Positions 60,396 to 64,000 of a stretch of 64,000 nt of DNA are shown here, in pieces (the first letter of the stretch is position 1; each line of letters begins with the position of its first letter). Position numbers and translations under genes: made by a program. Below the pieces are notes generated by a model that saw nothing but the letters and a program-made list of their open reading frames with translations, made no database searches and had not been told where the DNA came from. Origin of the DNA: Clostridium sp. CAG:590 (lineage in GTDB: Bacteria; Bacillota; Clostridia; Lachnospirales; Lachnospiraceae); assembly GCA_000431135.1 (NCBI GenBank), contig HF987891.1, positions 7,286 through 71,285 on the forward strand. Direction: 5' to 3'.

Positions 60396-61286
60396 TTGTG
60401 GAGGAAATGTATGATGTCGAAATATAAGAATACAGCTATCAGGAGATTTATACAATCTGATAGTGCGTTTGTTCTACCGGGAATGATAGGTGTTCTGGTG
60501 TTTATTTTAATTCCGCTATTAGATGTAGTGAGAAGGTCTTTCGTAAATGCAGGGCATCTCGGATTTAATAATTATAGAATCGTTTTATTCAATTCTGCTT
60601 TTCAATTGGCATTTCGTAATACAGTTCGATTTGAAATCGTTGCGTTACCGGTATTATTCGTATTGTCTTTGCTGATTGCAGTTGTTGTAAAGAATATGAA
60701 TAATAAATATATTACATTTGCTTTTTTGATTCCAATGGCATTACCCTCTAATTCTGTTGCAATTATATGGAAAATTCTATTTGATGATCATGGGGTTGTA
60801 AATGGGATTTTGGTAAATGTGTTACATAGGAATGCCATCGGATTTTTTAGAGGAAATGCTGTTTTTTGGCTGTTGGTTATTACATTTTTGTGGAAGAATC
60901 TGGGATATAATATGTTGTTATGGTTGGCGGGATTATATATGTTTCCGCCGGAAGTTTGTGAGGCAGCTGAAATAGACGGTGCAAATAATTTTGTTATATT
61001 TACAAGAGTGGTCATGCCTAATCTTAAAGGCACGATTTTTACAGTATGCATGTTATCGCTAATGAATTCTTTTAAAATATTCCGTGAAGTGTATTTAATT
61101 GCTGGAAATTATCCGGATGACAACATTTATTTATTGCAGCATCTTTTTAATAATTGGTTTAGTAAACTGGAGATTGGGAAAATAGCGTCTGCGGCGTGTA
61201 TGACGGCAATCCAGTTTTTTTTAGTATTACTATGTTTGAGATGGATTATATTGAGGGAAACCAAATGCAGAAGGAGAACAAAGTGA
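60396..61286 (+). CDS. Carbohydrate ABC transporter permease (MalF/UgpA-like)
   Basis: 6 TM; EAA loop (EAAEIDGANNFVIFTRVVMPNLK). Confidence 0.75.
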   Translation: MWRKCMMSKYKNTAIRRFIQSDSAFVLPGMIGVLVFILIPLLDVVRRSFVNAGHLGFNNYRIVLFNSAFQLAFRNTVRFEIVALPVLFVLSLLIAVVVKNMNNKYITFAFLIPMALPSNSVAIIWKILFDDHGVVNGILVNVLHRNAIGFFRGNAVFWLLVITFLWKNLGYNMLLWLAGLYMFPPEVCEAAEIDGANNFVIFTRVVMPNLKGTIFTVCMLSLMNSFKIFREVYLIAGNYPDDNIYLLQHLFNNWFSKLEIGKIASAACMTAIQFFLVLLCLRWIILRETKCRRRTK

Positions 61287-62122
61287 AACGGATAGGATTG
61301 AAAATCATTATTTATGGAATGGTATTTCTATATATTCTTCCGGTTATTCTTGTGTTTACAGGAGTATTTATGGGAGATGCGGAATTAAATGATGTTTTGG
61401 GGGCTGTTGTACAGGAAAGCAATCAATATGCGACATGGCATTTAATCCCATTATATCCTACGGGAGAAAATATATTGCGTGTTCTGTTGGATACACCGGA
61501 ATATTTTGTATTATTTTGGAATTCCGTTAAAGTTGTAAGTTGCATCATCGTAGGACAGTTTGTATTTGCAATCCCGGCAGCATGGATTTTGGCAAGAAAC
61601 CATTCCTGTATATGTAAGGGCATTATGTTGGTGTACATGTTTTGTATGTTACTGCCGTTTCAGGTGACGATGTTATCGCAATATATTGTCTTGAAGCAGG
61701 CTGCATTAATCAACACACATGGAGCATTAATTCTTCCGTTGGTATTTTCAACGTTTCCTATATTCATAACCTATAATTCTTTTGAACAAATACCGCAGGC
61801 GGCTATTGATGCAGCCTGTATTGATGGTGCAGGCAAATGGACAATATACTGGTATATTGCAATTCCTTTGGCAAAGAAAGGGCTTTTTGCAGCGGGAATA
61901 TTAGGCTTTTTCGAATATTGGAATATGGTGGAACAAGTCGCAGTTTTTATTACTGATAAGAAATTATGGACATTATCCGTATATCTTCCGGATATATCGG
62001 GAGGGCAAATAGGGAAATGTTTTGCGTTTTCGTTGTTTAGTATCCTACCTGCAATATATGTGCTTTATGCAGGTAGAGATATACTAATGGATGGAATTAT
62101 TATAAAAGGTATGGAGGACTAG
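61265..62122 (+). CDS. Carbohydrate ABC transporter permease (MalG/UgpE-like)
   Basis: Start at ATG 61265 (GAGGGAAA RBS); EAA-like loop (AAIDAACIDGAGKW). Confidence 0.7.
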   Translation: MQKENKVKRIGLKIIIYGMVFLYILPVILVFTGVFMGDAELNDVLGAVVQESNQYATWHLIPLYPTGENILRVLLDTPEYFVLFWNSVKVVSCIIVGQFVFAIPAAWILARNHSCICKGIMLVYMFCMLLPFQVTMLSQYIVLKQAALINTHGALILPLVFSTFPIFITYNSFEQIPQAAIDAACIDGAGKWTIYWYIAIPLAKKGLFAAGILGFFEYWNMVEQVAVFITDKKLWTLSVYLPDISGGQIGKCFAFSLFSILPAIYVLYAGRDILMDGIIIKGMED

Positions 62123-62123
62123 C

Positions 62124-63149
62124 ATGAAAAAACAAAATACACATAGCCGAATAGTGAAAGTTGTTGTATCTTTTTTTGTAGTGCTGATCGTGTGTACATG
62201 GATTTCACGATTCACAAAGAGTGTCCTGACACCGATTGTAGAAAGTCAGGCACCTATTCGTATGTCATTACAACATACAATTTCAAAAAAGGGAAGGTTG
62301 TTGTATAAAAAAGAGAAACCGGTATATATATATGCAGGGATACTTGTCGATGAGGTGTTTGTCTCTTTAGGGCAAAATGTGAAAAAAGGTGATGCTCTTG
62401 TGCAATATAACATGGAGGAATTAGATCAGGAATATCAAAAAAAAGAAATAGAATTACAGGAATTAAAAAATACAAGTGCGATGACATGGGATCGATTGGA
62501 AAAAAGAAAGATAATGTCAGAAATTACGCAAACAGAGGATGCAGTAATGGAATTAAAGGGTCTGATAGAAAATAATGGTATATACTGTGCCAAAATAGAC
62601 GGAAGTATACAGGAACTGGATCAGAAGGCGGGAACATATGCACTTGAGACAGCGGCGTTTGTAATTGGTGAAAAAGGTGAAGGCTTTGTAGTGAATATAA
62701 ATGTGTCGGAGGAAGAGCAGAAATATATATCGGAAGATGATACCGTTTCTGTTATGGCACAGGAGGAGCAGGAAGAGTTTCCGATTGATGCAATGTTTTA
62801 TGACGATTTGCAGGATGCATACACAATTAAAATATGCATAAAAGGCAACCAATATTATGTAGGAGAATATGTGGATGTCGAAATTGCACATAACTCAAAA
62901 GATTATGATACCTGTATGGTATTGGGTGCACTGCGATCGGATGGGAATGGCAACAGTTATGTTCTGATAGAAAAAGAGAAAGATACAATTCTTGGAAAAG
63001 AATTGGTTACAGAAAAGGTGAATGTAAAGATAGAGGATTCCAATCAGGAATATGTGGCGGTTAGCAGTAACACATTAAGTTCAGATGACAAAGTGATTTT
63101 TTCATCGAATAAAAATATTGAACCGGGTGATGTTGTGCGTGAAGAATAA
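62124..63149 (+). CDS. Membrane-anchored coiled-coil protein (HlyD/efflux periplasmic adaptor-like)
   Basis: N-terminal TM, KKGDALVQ lipoyl-like block, long coiled coil, C-terminal beta-rich region. Confidence 0.45.
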   Translation: MKKQNTHSRIVKVVVSFFVVLIVCTWISRFTKSVLTPIVESQAPIRMSLQHTISKKGRLLYKKEKPVYIYAGILVDEVFVSLGQNVKKGDALVQYNMEELDQEYQKKEIELQELKNTSAMTWDRLEKRKIMSEITQTEDAVMELKGLIENNGIYCAKIDGSIQELDQKAGTYALETAAFVIGEKGEGFVVNINVSEEEQKYISEDDTVSVMAQEEQEEFPIDAMFYDDLQDAYTIKICIKGNQYYVGEYVDVEIAHNSKDYDTCMVLGALRSDGNGNSYVLIEKEKDTILGKELVTEKVNVKIEDSNQEYVAVSSNTLSSDDKVIFSSNKNIEPGDVVREE

Positions 63150-63156
63150 AAAATAT

Positions 63157-64000
63157 ATGAAGAAAATGGCAGGTTATGTAGTGGGAATTGTTACATTTAT
63201 TGGATTGTCTTTTAGTTTGTTTTATTATATTCAATTGAGAAGAAATGAACAATCTATAGAAAATTATGCATTTTATGTGATGGATTCCGATAGTCAAATT
63301 ACGCTTGAAAGCGTGGACAATGTATTATCTCAACAAGAATATTATTTGGGCTGTTATTGTATTGCTCAGAAACAAAACATATATGCACAGGATACGAAAG
63401 GAAATGTTACAGCGGATGTAATCATTAGTAATTCCTCTTTGGAAAATATTATTATAACAAAAGGGACATTGTTAAAGGAAGATACATATGGTTGTATCTT
63501 AAGCAGTAAAATTATGTATCGGCTTTTTGGAACAATGAAGATGAACGGACAAAAAATAGAAGTCTTTGGAAAAGATTATTATGTGCGTGGAATTGTTGAG
63601 TCGGATGAGGAATGGATGATTGTATGCTATTCTGATCGTAATATACAAGCAGTTCCAGACGTTGCAGGTATTGTAATGAATGTGGCTGAGGAATCTTATC
63701 ATAATAAATATAAGGAAGACATAGAGAATAGATTACAATGTAGTAACAAAGGTGGGGTGTATTATGTAAGTGATTACACAACGCTTTTTGGGAAAAAAGA
63801 TATGCCTAAAACGGGAACAGAAATATTTGATTATATGAAATGGAAGCAGGCATGGAAGGATATATTATATAGAAAAATATATAAAAATAAAGATATCATT
63901 GAACGTTATTTTTATCATTTCACCTGGGTACATATAAAATGGATGGGGCTGATCGGATTGTGTATGTTCATAGGCTTTGTTCAGATCGTTTGGAGAAGAA
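63157..64000 (+). CDS. Partial: N-terminal TM + extracytoplasmic domain of an FtsX/MacB-like permease (runs off the window)
   Basis: Open frame from ATG 63157 to the window end, not in the ORF track (no stop); MKKMAGYVVGIVTFIGLSFSLFYY TM, then a soluble domain. Confidence 0.45.
   Translation, partial: MKKMAGYVVGIVTFIGLSFSLFYYIQLRRNEQSIENYAFYVMDSDSQITLESVDNVLSQQEYYLGCYCIAQKQNIYAQDTKGNVTADVIISNSSLENIIITKGTLLKEDTYGCILSSKIMYRLFGTMKMNGQKIEVFGKDYYVRGIVESDEEWMIVCYSDRNIQAVPDVAGIVMNVAEESYHNKYKEDIENRLQCSNKGGVYYVSDYTTLFGKKDMPKTGTEIFDYMKWKQAWKDILYRKIYKNKDIIERYFYHFTWVHIKWMGLIGLCMFIGFVQIVWRR

Noticed and set aside
1-64000. tRNA/rRNA genes, transposases, integrases, phage genes
   Set aside because: None recognised on either strand. 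No tRNA-like GTTCGAATC T-arm motif was found.

Overview
This window reads as Firmicutes (Clostridia/Lachnospiraceae-like) chromosome at about 42% GC. No tRNA, rRNA, CRISPR array, transposase or integrase could be recognised. A conserved housekeeping backbone runs through most of it: a SCIFF ranthipeptide pair (scfA/scfB), secDF, recJ, relA, an MBL hydrolase, a hemZ-like radical SAM gene, an HD protein, hisS, then aspS, and later a SAM-riboswitch-controlled metK, degV and a split transketolase. Several accessory or unusual regions interrupt this backbone. (1) At 2.2-13.6 kb there is a Ser/Thr phosphosignalling locus made of an FHA protein with an acidic repeat linker, a PP2C phosphatase, and a Hanks kinase with one TM helix and a non-PASTA helical-repeat ectodomain. 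These are followed by a membrane protein carrying 39-nt near-perfect tandem repeats and an 1870-aa Ig-like-repeat surface protein translationally coupled to a HAD hydrolase. (2) A roughly 7.7-kb island lies between hisS and aspS: an SGNH/GDSL esterase, two HutC-type GntR regulators, an SIS-domain protein, a mannose-family PTS (EIIA/B/C/D) and a HAD phosphatase. (3) An ECF sigma/putative anti-sigma cassette is flanked by a roughly 120-bp direct repeat of terminator plus palindrome. (4) There is a sporulation-flavoured stretch with mecA, a cwlD-like amidase, a SleB-like hydrolase, and a SipL-like DUF3794/LysM protein behind a SigE-like promoter. (5) An unusual 350-nt structured spacer with a 5x 19-nt tandem repeat sits between the SAM-I riboswitch terminator and the metK start. 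(6) A 1190-aa uncharacterised protein is followed by two sugar-type ABC permeases with no binding protein or ATPase, a membrane-fusion-like protein and a partial FtsX-like permease. (7) A shared palindrome plus direct-repeat element (CATAATTATG ... CATAAATGG x3) occurs in two long AT-rich intergenic regions. All calls rest on reading the sequence and recognising motifs; no database searches were run.
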